From an uncultured Candidatus Rokubacteria bacterium (GTDB lineage: Bacteria > Methylomirabilota > Methylomirabilia > Rokubacteriales > DASRDR01), in NCBI GenBank assembly GCA_963708025.1, contig CAVPSB010000018.1:288001-352000 (forward strand): a stretch of DNA of 64,000 nucleotides, in the 5' to 3' direction. The number at the start of each line of letters is the position of its first letter. Positions within the stretch are counted from its first letter, which is position 1. A model generated the notes under the pieces. The model did not search any database. It had not been told where the DNA came from and saw only the letters and a program-made list of their open reading frames with translations. A program made the translations under genes and the position numbers. This document shows positions 48,063 to 57,153 of this stretch, piece by piece.

Positions 48063-50768
48063 ATGAGGCTCCGCGGGCACCTGGCGGTCTTTCTCCTCTT
48101 CGTCGGCCTCGTCGCCGTCTACACCTGGCCGCTCGCCCGGGACCCGGGCCACCTGCTCCCCGGCTTCGTGGACCCCCGGGTCTTCGCCTGGACCCTGATC
48201 ACCGTCTTCCGCAACCTCGTGTCCGACCCGGCGCTGCTCTTCCACGGCAACGCCTTCTATCCCCTCGGCAACAGCCTGGCCCTCGGGGAGGTGCTGCTCG
48301 TCCCCGCCCTCCTCGCCGGCGCCGTCTTCTCGCTGAGCGGGAACCCGGTGCTGGCTTACAACCTGACGCTGATCCCGTTCTGGGCCCTCTCCGGCTGGGC
48401 CATGTACGCGGTCACCTTCCGGTTGACCCGTCGGCACCCGGCGGCCTTCCTGGCGGCGGTCATCTTCACCTTCGCGCCCTACCGGATGGACCACTACGGC
48501 GAGTTCCAGATGGAGATGGCCTTCGGGATCCCCCTGGCCGTCTACCTGCTCGTCCGGTTCCTGGAGGACCAGCGCCCGCGCCACCTCGTCGCCTTGCTGG
48601 CCGTCTTCTGGCTCCAGGCGGTGTCCGTCTGGTACTACGCGATCATCCTGAGCCTCGGGCTCCTGGCGATCGCGGTCCAGTACGCGGCCCTCCGGTGGGC
48701 CGGCTGGCGCCCGCGGGCCCTGGCCCTGGTCGCGGTCGGCGCCGTCGCCCTGGCCATCGCGCTCGCCCCGGTCGCCCTCCCGTACTTCCAGACGCGCCGG
48801 GAGCTCGGGTACACCCGCGGCCTCGCGGACGCGGTCGGCCGCTCGGCCGACGTGCTCACGTACGTGGAGGCCCGGGCCAACTGGCTCTACCGGGCCTTCA
48901 CGGTGGCGCGCCACTCGGAGTCGTCGCTCTTCCTCGGCATCGGGGGCCTCGCGCTGGCCGCGTCCGGCCTCGCCTGGCTCGGCCCGCCGGCCGCTTCCCG
49001 GAGCCGCGCCGAGCGAGCGCTCGTCCCCGCGATCGGCGCGTGCCTGGTCCTGGCTCTCGTCACGCTCCTGCTCCGGGGTCGCCTCCGGTTCGGTCCGGTG
49101 CCGGTCGCGCTCTCGTTCACCGCCGTCGGCGCCGTCCTGCTCGGAGCCACACTGGCGCGCCATCTCGCCGAGGGGTGGCGCCGCTGGCGCGCGGGCGTGC
49201 GCGACCGGGGGCTGTCGGAGCGCGACTGGGTGGTGATCCTCCTGGGGCTGGCCGCCTTCGCGTTCCTGCTCTCGCTCGGCCCGATCGTCGAGCTCGCGGG
49301 GCAGCCGCTGGGCTGGGGACTCTACGCCTGGCTCTGGCCGTACCTGTTTCCGCTGCAGGCCATCCGCGGCCCCACGCGGATCGGCGTCCTCTATCTCTTC
49401 GCGGGGGCCCTGCTGGCCGGCTTCGGGGTGAAGTGGCTCGGCGACCACTGGAGCCCGTGGAAGCGGGTCACGCTCGTCGGCGGCCTCGGGCTGCTCACGC
49501 TGGCCGAGTACGCGTGGATGCCCCTGCCGTACCAGTCGATCCCGTCCGTCGCCCGTCCGGTGGACGAGGTCTTGCGGCGCGAGGCGGCGCTGTCGGTGGT
49601 GCTCGAGTTCCCCACCAACGTCCAGGACTCCGACGGCGACGCGATGCTCCGCTCGCTCGCGCACGGCAAGCGGATCGTCAACGGGTTCTCCGGGTTCGTG
49701 CCGGACTCGATCGGGCAGATCTCGGGACTCCTCTCGACCCGCGGCTCGCCGTTCCCCGTGCCGGAGGCGCAGGCCGCCCTCCGCCAGATCTACCCGCTCC
49801 GCTACCTGGTGGTCCGGCTGGGCGATCCGATGCTGGACCGCGCGTGGCGGCTGGTGTGGAAGGGGGTCAGGGAGACGGCGCCGCCCCTCCTCCGCTTCCG
49901 GGGCAGCTTCGGGAATGACGACCTCTACGAGATCCTGCCCGTGCCCGAGCGCGGGATGAGCCTGGAGCGCTGGGTGTCCTACGACGTCCTCCGCGCCCAC
50001 CCGGTCCTGCGACTGGCGGTCCGGCCGCTGAGCGTGCGGAACGACCTCGAGCAGTGGGCGGAGGTCCGGCTCAACGGGCGACCGGTGGAGCGGCTCCGGC
50101 TGGACGTGGCGGCGCCGCCCGCCGCCCGCCTGGCCCTGTCTCCGCCCTTTCTCGTCGCCGCCCCGAACGTGATCGGGATCGACTATCGGTACACACGGCC
50201 CCCGGGCGCCCGGGACGAGCGCTACCGGATCGGGACGACCGGCCGGATGAGCCCGGGGGATCTGCGGGTGCTGAGCGCGGGCCAGCCGCAGGAGAGCGCC
50301 GGCTCGGTCGAGCTGAACGGGATCGAGCGATCGCCGGACCGGCGGGGCTACAACCTGGTGGCGCTGGACGAGCAGGGTCAGGTGCGCGAAGCGGTGACCT
50401 TCGACACGTTCTTCGAGGCCGACGCCGCCGACCGGCTCGCAGCGTGGGTCGCGGGGCTCCCCGCCGGGACCATCGTCGCGGGCGCCGTCCGCGACGAGGG
50501 CTCGGGGCGGCTGACGGAGGCGGCGGTGCGGGCGCTGGGGACGCTGGGGGTGCGGGGGGACCTGCGGGGGCGGTTCCGGGAGGCGCACGCGTTCGTGGGG
50601 GTGAAGGGGGCGGCGCCGGGGACGGCGCTGGAGGGGCTGGGGCCGCGGCGGATCGAGCTGGCGGTGGGGCGGATCGAGCTGGGGGGAGGGCGGCCGGCGC
50701 CGGCGGTCGGGCTGGAGCTGACGGAGTTCACGCTGGAGCCGGCGGCCGGGGCGGACGGCGCGCGATGA
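48063..50768 (+). CDS. YfhO-like GT-C membrane protein with C-terminal ILEI (FAM3/PANDER-like) domain, paralog A
   Basis: 'DPRVFAW...GNAFYP..NSLALGE', many TMs, 'IVNGFSGF', ILEI 'RGYNLVALD..TFDT..LPAGTIVAGAVRDE..AFVGVKG'. Confidence 0.75.
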   Translation: MRLRGHLAVFLLFVGLVAVYTWPLARDPGHLLPGFVDPRVFAWTLITVFRNLVSDPALLFHGNAFYPLGNSLALGEVLLVPALLAGAVFSLSGNPVLAYNLTLIPFWALSGWAMYAVTFRLTRRHPAAFLAAVIFTFAPYRMDHYGEFQMEMAFGIPLAVYLLVRFLEDQRPRHLVALLAVFWLQAVSVWYYAIILSLGLLAIAVQYAALRWAGWRPRALALVAVGAVALAIALAPVALPYFQTRRELGYTRGLADAVGRSADVLTYVEARANWLYRAFTVARHSESSLFLGIGGLALAASGLAWLGPPAASRSRAERALVPAIGACLVLALVTLLLRGRLRFGPVPVALSFTAVGAVLLGATLARHLAEGWRRWRAGVRDRGLSERDWVVILLGLAAFAFLLSLGPIVELAGQPLGWGLYAWLWPYLFPLQAIRGPTRIGVLYLFAGALLAGFGVKWLGDHWSPWKRVTLVGGLGLLTLAEYAWMPLPYQSIPSVARPVDEVLRREAALSVVLEFPTNVQDSDGDAMLRSLAHGKRIVNGFSGFVPDSIGQISGLLSTRGSPFPVPEAQAALRQIYPLRYLVVRLGDPMLDRAWRLVWKGVRETAPPLLRFRGSFGNDDLYEILPVPERGMSLERWVSYDVLRAHPVLRLAVRPLSVRNDLEQWAEVRLNGRPVERLRLDVAAPPAARLALSPPFLVAAPNVIGIDYRYTRPPGARDERYRIGTTGRMSPGDLRVLSAGQPQESAGSVELNGIERSPDRRGYNLVALDEQGQVREAVTFDTFFEADAADRLAAWVAGLPAGTIVAGAVRDEGSGRLTEAAVRALGTLGVRGDLRGRFREAHAFVGVKGAAPGTALEGLGPRRIELAVGRIELGGGRPAPAVGLELTEFTLEPAAGADGAR

Positions 50769-53470
50769 GGGCGCGCGGCCACCTGGCGGTCTTCGGGCTG
50801 TTCCTGGGGCTCGTCGCGCTCTACACGTGGCCGCTGGCGCGGGACCCGGCCCACCTGTGGGCGGACAACCACGACCCGCGCCTCTTCACCTGGGTCATGT
50901 TGACGATCGTCCGGAACCTCGTCACGCAGCCGGCGCTCCTGCTCCACGGCAACGCCTTCTACCCGGTCGGGAACAGCCTGACGTTTTCCGAGCCCTTGCT
51001 GACGCCGGCCCTGCTGGTAGCCCCGCTCTACACGCTGAGCGGGAACCCCGTGCTCGCCCACAACCTGGGCCTGCTCCTCCTGTGGGCGCTCTCGGGGTGG
51101 GCGACGTACCTGGTGGCCTTCCGGCTCACCGGCCGGCACGCGGCGGCATTCGTGGCGGCGGTGATCTTCACGCTGGCGCCGTACCGCACGGAGCTCTTCC
51201 TCTCGTTCCAGATGGAGATGGCCTTCGGCATCCCGCTCTGCGTCTACGGGCTGGTGCGGTGGCTCGAGACCCAGCGCGCGCGGGAGCTTGGCCTGTTCCT
51301 CCTGGTGTTCTGGCTCCAGGCGGTCGCGGTCTGGTACTACGCGGTGATCGTCGGGCTGGGCTTGCTGGTGGTGGCCCTGGGGTACGTGGCGCTGCGCTGG
51401 GCCGGGTGGCGGCGGCGGGCGCTGGGGCAGGCGGCGGTGGGTGGCCTGGCGCTGGTGGTGGCGCTGGCGCCGGTGGCCTGGCCGTTCTTCGTGACCCGGC
51501 GGGAGCTGGGCTTCGAGCGGGGGCTCGGCGAGGTCAGCGAGCGCGCGGCCGACGTCCTCACCTACCTCGAAGTGCGGCCGAACTGGCTGTACCGGGCGAC
51601 CGGCCCGGGTCACGTCTCCGAGACGTCGCTCTTTCTCGGCGGTGTCGCGCTGGTCCTGGCGCTCCTGGGCCTGGGCTGGCTCCGCCAGGGCCTGCCGGGC
51701 CGCGGCGCGGCGGAGCGGTGGCTGGGGCGCACGGCGCTGGCGGCGCTCGTGCTGGCGGCGCTGGCGCTCGGGACGCTGGGCCGGCTGCGCGTGGGGCCGG
51801 TGCGGGTCGCGCTGCCGTTCACCGCGCTGGCGGTGCTGGCGCTGGGCCTGGCGCTGGCGGGGGCCGCGGTCGAGGGCTGGCGGCGCCGGCGCGCAGGCGT
51901 GACGGGGCGCGGGCTGGGGGAGCGGGAGTGGGTGATCCTGCTCCTCGGGCTGGCCGGCTTCGCGTTCCTGCTCTCGCTCGGTCCCGACGTGACCGTGGCC
52001 GGCCGCTCGCTCGGCACGGGCCTCTACGCCTGGCTCTACCCGTACCTCTTCCCGCTCCGTGCCATCCGGGCGTCCACGCGGATCGGCATCCTCGTCGTCC
52101 TCGCCGTCGCCCTGCTGGCGGGGCTGGGCGTGAAGTGGCTGGGCGAGCGCCTGCCGGCGCGGGCGCGGGCACCGGTGCTCGGCGTGCTCACGCTCCTGCT
52201 CCTCCTCGAGTACGCGACGTTCCCGCTGGCCTACGGACAGGTCGCGCCGGGGCTCCGGCCGGTGGACGAGGCGCTCCGGCGGGAGGGCGGCGAGGGCGTG
52301 GTGCTCGAGTGGCCGGTCAATCTCCCGGACGCGGACGCCGAGGCCATGTTCCACTCGGTCGGCCACGGGCGGCGCATCGTCAACGGCTACGGGGGCTTCA
52401 TCCCGGACCTTCTCCCGGAGCTGTCGGGCCTGATGTCAAGGGCCGGGCCGCCGTTCCCCGTGCCCGCCGCCCAGGCGGCCCTGCGCCGGATCTACCCCTT
52501 GCGCTGGCTGGTGATCCGGCCCACCGACCGGAGGCTCGAGGAGTCATGGCGTCCGGTCTGGCTGGCGCTCCGAGGCGACGCGCCGCCGCTCCTCCGCTTC
52601 CGGGGCACGTTCGGGAGCGACGACCTGTACGAGATCGTGCCCTTGCCCGAGCGGGGGGTGAGCATGGAGCGCTGGGTGTCCTACGAGTTCCTCCGCGGCC
52701 ACCCGGTCCTGAGAATGTCGGTCCGGCCTCGGAGCCGGCGGGACGACCTCGAGCAGTGGGTCGAGGTCCGGCTCAACGGGAGGCCCGTGAACCGCTTCCG
52801 GCTCGATGCCGAGGCGGTGGCCGCCGCTCGCGACGTCCTGGCCCCGCCGTTCCTCGTCGCCGCCCCGAACGTGATCCGCCTCCAGTACCGGTACGCGCGG
52901 CCGCCGGCCGCGCGGGACGGGCGCTACCGGATCGGGACGACGGGGCAGGTGAGCCCGGGTGACCTGCGGGTGCTGAGCGTGGGGCAGCCGCTGGGCAGCG
53001 CCAGCTCGGTGGAGCTGAACGGGATCGAGCTGTCGCCGAACCGGCGCGGGTACAACCTGGTGGCGCTGGACCCGGAGGGCGGGGTGCGGGGGGCGGTGGG
53101 GTTCGACACGTTCCACGAGGCGGAGGCGGCGGGCCGGCTGGTGGCGTGGGTCGCGGGGCTGCCGGCGGGGACGATCGTGGCGGGGGCGGTGCGGGACGAG
53201 GCCTCGGGGCGGTTGACGGAGGCGGCGGTGCGGGCGCTGGGGACGCTGGGGGTGCGGGGGGACCTGCGGGGGCGGTTCCGGGAGGCGCACGCGTTCGTGG
53301 GGGTGAAGGGGGCGGCGCCGGGGACGGCGCTGGAGGGGCTGGGGCCGCGGCGGATCGAGTTGGAGGTGGGGCGGATCGAGGTGGGGGCGGGGCGGCCGGC
53401 GCCGGCGGTGGGGCTGGAGCTGACGGAGTTCACGCTGGAGCCGGCGGCCGGGGCGGACGGCGCGCGATGA
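50765..53470 (+). CDS. YfhO-like GT-C + ILEI, middle (chimeric) paralog
   Basis: Same motifs as paralog A; ATGA overlap with paralog A. Confidence 0.75.
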   Translation: MRARGHLAVFGLFLGLVALYTWPLARDPAHLWADNHDPRLFTWVMLTIVRNLVTQPALLLHGNAFYPVGNSLTFSEPLLTPALLVAPLYTLSGNPVLAHNLGLLLLWALSGWATYLVAFRLTGRHAAAFVAAVIFTLAPYRTELFLSFQMEMAFGIPLCVYGLVRWLETQRARELGLFLLVFWLQAVAVWYYAVIVGLGLLVVALGYVALRWAGWRRRALGQAAVGGLALVVALAPVAWPFFVTRRELGFERGLGEVSERAADVLTYLEVRPNWLYRATGPGHVSETSLFLGGVALVLALLGLGWLRQGLPGRGAAERWLGRTALAALVLAALALGTLGRLRVGPVRVALPFTALAVLALGLALAGAAVEGWRRRRAGVTGRGLGEREWVILLLGLAGFAFLLSLGPDVTVAGRSLGTGLYAWLYPYLFPLRAIRASTRIGILVVLAVALLAGLGVKWLGERLPARARAPVLGVLTLLLLLEYATFPLAYGQVAPGLRPVDEALRREGGEGVVLEWPVNLPDADAEAMFHSVGHGRRIVNGYGGFIPDLLPELSGLMSRAGPPFPVPAAQAALRRIYPLRWLVIRPTDRRLEESWRPVWLALRGDAPPLLRFRGTFGSDDLYEIVPLPERGVSMERWVSYEFLRGHPVLRMSVRPRSRRDDLEQWVEVRLNGRPVNRFRLDAEAVAAARDVLAPPFLVAAPNVIRLQYRYARPPAARDGRYRIGTTGQVSPGDLRVLSVGQPLGSASSVELNGIELSPNRRGYNLVALDPEGGVRGAVGFDTFHEAEAAGRLVAWVAGLPAGTIVAGAVRDEASGRLTEAAVRALGTLGVRGDLRGRFREAHAFVGVKGAAPGTALEGLGPRRIELEVGRIEVGAGRPAPAVGLELTEFTLEPAAGADGAR

Positions 53471-53592
53471 GGGCGCGGGGCCACCTGGCGCTCGGGCCCC
53501 GGCCGATCGAGCTCCACGTCGGGCGCACCGAGCCGAGCGCGGTGGGACTCGAGCTGACCGGGTTCGTGCTCGAGCCGCCGGCCCCGGAATGA
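53467..53592 (+). pseudogene. Collapsed paralog: first 8 codons fused to the last ~33 codons
   Basis: MRARGHLA|LGPRPIELHVGRTEPSAVGLELTGFVLEPPAPE*. Confidence 0.75.
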
Positions 53593-53629
53593 GCTCGCGC
53601 CCGATGCCGGCCCGGCGCCCATCCGCGCG

Positions 53630-56290
53630 ATGAGGCCGCGCTCGCAGCTCGCCGTCTTCGCCCTGTTCCTCGGGCTGGTGGCGCTCTACACGTGGCCGCT
53701 GGCACGGGATCCAGCGCACCTCTGGCCCGACAACCACGACCCGCGCCTCTTCACCTGGGTCATGCTGACGATCGCCCGGAACCTCGTCACGCAGCCCGCG
53801 CTCCTGCTCCACGGCAACGCCTTCTACCCGGTCGGGAACAGCCTGACCTTCGCCGAGCCCTTGCTGACCCCGGCCCTGCTGGCCGGGCCGCTCTACGCGC
53901 TGACCGGCAATCCGGTCCTCGCCTACAACCTGACCCTGCTCGCCTTCTGGGCCCTCTCGGGGTGGGCGGCGTACCTGGTGGCCTTCCGGCTCACCGGCCG
54001 GCACGCGGCGGCATTCGTGGCGGCGGCGATCTTCACGCTGGCGCCGTATCGCACGGAGCTCTTCCTCGAGTTCCAGATGGAGATCGCGTTCGGCATCCCG
54101 CTCTGCATCTACGGGCTGGTGCGATGGCTCGAGACCCAGCGCGCGCGGGAGCTCGGCCTGTTCCTCCTGGTGTTCTGGCTCCAGGCGGTCGCGGTCTGGT
54201 ACTACGCGGTGATCGTCGGGCTGGGATTGCTGGTGGTGGCCCTGGGGTACGTGGCGCTGCGCTGGGCCGGGTGGCGGCGGCGGGTGCTGGGGCAGGCGGC
54301 GGCGGGCGGACTGGCGCTGGCGCTGGCGCTGGCGCCGGTGGCCTGGCCGTTCTTCGTGACCCGCCAGGAGCTGGGCTTCGAGCGGGGGCTCGACGAGGTG
54401 GACGAGCGCTCGGCCGAGGTGCTCACCTACCTCGAGGTGCGGCCGAACTGGCTGTACCGGGCGACCGGCCCGGGTCACATCTTCGAGACCTCCCTCTTTC
54501 CGGGCGGCGTCGCGCTCGGGCTGGCCGCGCTCGGCCTCATCTGGATGCGCGAGGGCCGGCGGGACCGCGGGGTGACCGAGCGCTGGCTGGGGCGCGCGGC
54601 CGTGGTGGCGCTGGCGCTGGCGGCGCTGGCGCTCGAGACGCTGGGCCGGCTGCGCGTGGGGCCGGTGCGGGTCGCGCTGCCGTTCACCGCGCTGGCGGTG
54701 CTGGCGCTGGGCCTGGGGCTGGCGGGGGCCGCGGTCGAGGGCTGGCGGCGTCGCCGCGCAGGCGTGACGGGACGCGGTCTGGGCGAGCGGGAGTGGGTGA
54801 TCCTGCTCCTCGGGCTGGCCGGCGTCGCGTTCCTGCTCTCGCTCGGCCCCGACGTCGAGGTGGCCGGCCGCTCGATCGGCTCGGGCCTCTACGCCTGGCT
54901 CTACCCTTACGTGCTCCCGCTGCGGGCCATCCGGGCGTCCACGCGCATCGGCGTCCTCGTCCTCCTCGCCGTCGCCCTGCTGGCGGGGCTGGGCGTGAAG
55001 TGGCTGGGCGAGCGCCTGCCGGCCCGGGCGCGGGTGCCGGTGCTCGGCGCGCTCGCGCTCCTGCTCCTCCTCGAGTGCGCGACGTTCCCGCTGCCCTACG
55101 AGCGGGTGGCGCCGGGGCTCCGGCCGGTGGACGAGGCGCTCCGGCGGGAGAGCGGCGAGGGCGTGGTGCTCGAGTGGCCGACCTACGTCCCCGACGCGGA
55201 CGCCGATGCGATGTTCCGCTCGGTGGGCCACGGGCGGCGGGTCGTGAACGGCTACTCGGGCTTCGTGCCCGGCTTCCTCAACGAGCTGTCCGGCTTGCTG
55301 ACCGAGCCGGGGCCGGTCTTCCCGCCGCCCGAGGCCCACGCGGCCCTGCGCCGGATCTATCCGCTACGCTGGCTGGTGGTCCGGCTCGACGACCCCGGGC
55401 TGGAGGAGCCGTGGCGCCCCGTCTGGCTGGCCCTGCGGCGCGAGGCGCCGCCGATCCTCCGCTTCCGCGGCACGTTCGGAGACGAGGACCTCTACGAGAT
55501 CGTGCCGCTGCCGGAGCGCGGCCAGCGCATCGAGCGGCTCGTCTCGTACGACTTCCTGCGCACCCACCCGGTGCTCCGGCTGAATGCCCGGCCGCTCGCG
55601 GGCGCCGGCGCGATGGAGCAGTGGCTCGAGGTCCGGCTCAACGGCGTGCCCGTCCGGCGGCTCCCGCTGAACGGCGCCGACAGCCCGGTGGTGAGGCTGG
55701 ACGCGCCGCTCACGCGCGCGCTGCCGAACGCGATCACGCTGCACCACGGCTACCGCCGGCTCGCTCCCGCGGGCGATGCGCGCTACGGGATCGGCACGAC
55801 GGGGGCACGGAGTCCGGGCGACCTGCGCGTGCGGAGCGCCGGCCAGCCCTACGGCAGCGTGGCCTCGATCGAGGTCAACGGGACGGAGCGGGCCCCCGGG
55901 GGCCGGGGCTACAACCTGGTGGCGCTCGATGCCACGGGGGAGGTCCGGGCCGCCGCCACGTTCGACACCTTCCTCGAGCCGGCCGCCGCCGGCCGGCTCG
56001 GCGCCTGGGTGGCGGCGCTGCCCCGCGGGACGATCGTCGCGGGCGCCGTCCAGGACGAGGCATCCGGGCGGCTCACCGCGGACGCGGTCCAGGCGCTGTC
56101 CACGCTGGGCGTCGCCGGCGATCTCCGCGGCCGCTTCCGGGAGTCCCACGCCTTCGTCGGGGTGAAGGGCGCGGCGCCGGGTGCGGCGGTGGAAGCGCTG
56201 GGTCCGCGGGCGGTGGAGCTGGTGGTCGGGCAGCCCGAAAGCGGCCTCGGCCTGGAGCTGACCGCGTTCGAGCTGACGGCCGCGCCTTGA
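53630..56290 (+). CDS. YfhO-like GT-C + ILEI, paralog B
   Basis: Same motifs; 'VVNGYSGF'; ILEI C-terminus. Confidence 0.75.
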   Translation: MRPRSQLAVFALFLGLVALYTWPLARDPAHLWPDNHDPRLFTWVMLTIARNLVTQPALLLHGNAFYPVGNSLTFAEPLLTPALLAGPLYALTGNPVLAYNLTLLAFWALSGWAAYLVAFRLTGRHAAAFVAAAIFTLAPYRTELFLEFQMEIAFGIPLCIYGLVRWLETQRARELGLFLLVFWLQAVAVWYYAVIVGLGLLVVALGYVALRWAGWRRRVLGQAAAGGLALALALAPVAWPFFVTRQELGFERGLDEVDERSAEVLTYLEVRPNWLYRATGPGHIFETSLFPGGVALGLAALGLIWMREGRRDRGVTERWLGRAAVVALALAALALETLGRLRVGPVRVALPFTALAVLALGLGLAGAAVEGWRRRRAGVTGRGLGEREWVILLLGLAGVAFLLSLGPDVEVAGRSIGSGLYAWLYPYVLPLRAIRASTRIGVLVLLAVALLAGLGVKWLGERLPARARVPVLGALALLLLLECATFPLPYERVAPGLRPVDEALRRESGEGVVLEWPTYVPDADADAMFRSVGHGRRVVNGYSGFVPGFLNELSGLLTEPGPVFPPPEAHAALRRIYPLRWLVVRLDDPGLEEPWRPVWLALRREAPPILRFRGTFGDEDLYEIVPLPERGQRIERLVSYDFLRTHPVLRLNARPLAGAGAMEQWLEVRLNGVPVRRLPLNGADSPVVRLDAPLTRALPNAITLHHGYRRLAPAGDARYGIGTTGARSPGDLRVRSAGQPYGSVASIEVNGTERAPGGRGYNLVALDATGEVRAAATFDTFLEPAAAGRLGAWVAALPRGTIVAGAVQDEASGRLTADAVQALSTLGVAGDLRGRFRESHAFVGVKGAAPGAAVEALGPRAVELVVGQPESGLGLELTAFELTAAP

Positions 56291-56301
56291 CGGATCGGCC
56301 G

Positions 56302-57114
56302 TCAGGAGCGGCCGCGGATCCGACGGACGACCGAGCGGAGCATCTGGACGGAGGAGCGCGAGAGCAAGTAGCGGCGGAAGAGTCGCAGCCGGTGCGCCGT
56401 CATCGACTCCAGCGGCGTCCGCTTGTAGAGCGTGCTGTGCGGGCGGCTCGTTTCCTCGGCCGGCCGGACCTCGGTGTAGTAGTAGAGCGCGATGGACTTG
56501 CGGCTCCGGTCGGGCGGGCACGTGAGCGGCCGCGGGTGGCCGTGGTAGGCGAAGTCGGTCGTGCTGAAGAGGACGCAGCGGTTCAACACGGGGGCGATGC
56601 TCCGCACGCACCGCCCGACGTCCCGGCTCCACAGCTCCAGGTTGCCGTTCCAGCTCTCCTCCCAGTCGCGGTTGAGATAGACGAGCAGGTTGACCCGCCG
56701 GTGGTGCCCGGTCGAGGGATGATAGTTGAAGTCGGCGTGCACCTTCAGGAAGCCGCCGGGGATGATCTGGTGGAGACCCCCGCCCTCCAGCTCCTCGTCT
56801 TCCAGGAGATCGGGGATCCCCGTCAGCTCTTCCAGGTACTCGCGCATCGGCTTCGAGTTCAGCTCCTCGATCACGGAGCGAAAGAGCGGGGGCATGACGT
56901 CAAGCCGGGCGCAGGCGAACTTGTGGGAGTGCAGATGCAGGTGATGCTTCCAGACCTCGTGGTTGACCCGGGGGAACCGGGCCTCGAGCGTCGCGGCGAC
57001 CTCCTCCTTGAGGAGGCCGTCGATCACGAGGTGGGGGAACGGATCGGCACTCAGGTACGCGGCGCGGTCCCGCTCGAGCGTCGCCCGCAGCCGCGCGATG
57101 TCCACGTATTCCAT
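56302..57114 (-). CDS. 2OG-Fe(II) oxygenase (prolyl-4-hydroxylase-like)
   Basis: 'PFPHLVID','GGGLHQI..GGFLKVHADFN','VYLN..W','HGHP','RKSIALYYY'. Confidence 0.88.
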   Translation of the reverse strand: MEYVDIARLRATLERDRAAYLSADPFPHLVIDGLLKEEVAATLEARFPRVNHEVWKHHLHLHSHKFACARLDVMPPLFRSVIEELNSKPMREYLEELTGIPDLLEDEELEGGGLHQIIPGGFLKVHADFNYHPSTGHHRRVNLLVYLNRDWEESWNGNLELWSRDVGRCVRSIAPVLNRCVLFSTTDFAYHGHPRPLTCPPDRSRKSIALYYYTEVRPAEETSRPHSTLYKRTPLESMTAHRLRLFRRYLLSRSSVQMLRSVVRRIRGRS

Positions 57115-57153
57115 CTCGGCTCCTCGACCTCACCACTCTAGCATGACGGGTGG

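Noticed and set aside
50501-53490. Near-identical C-terminal repeats as a DGR template/variable pair
   Set aside because: No reverse transcriptase in the window, mismatches are not adenine-specific, and both copies are coding ends of paralogs.
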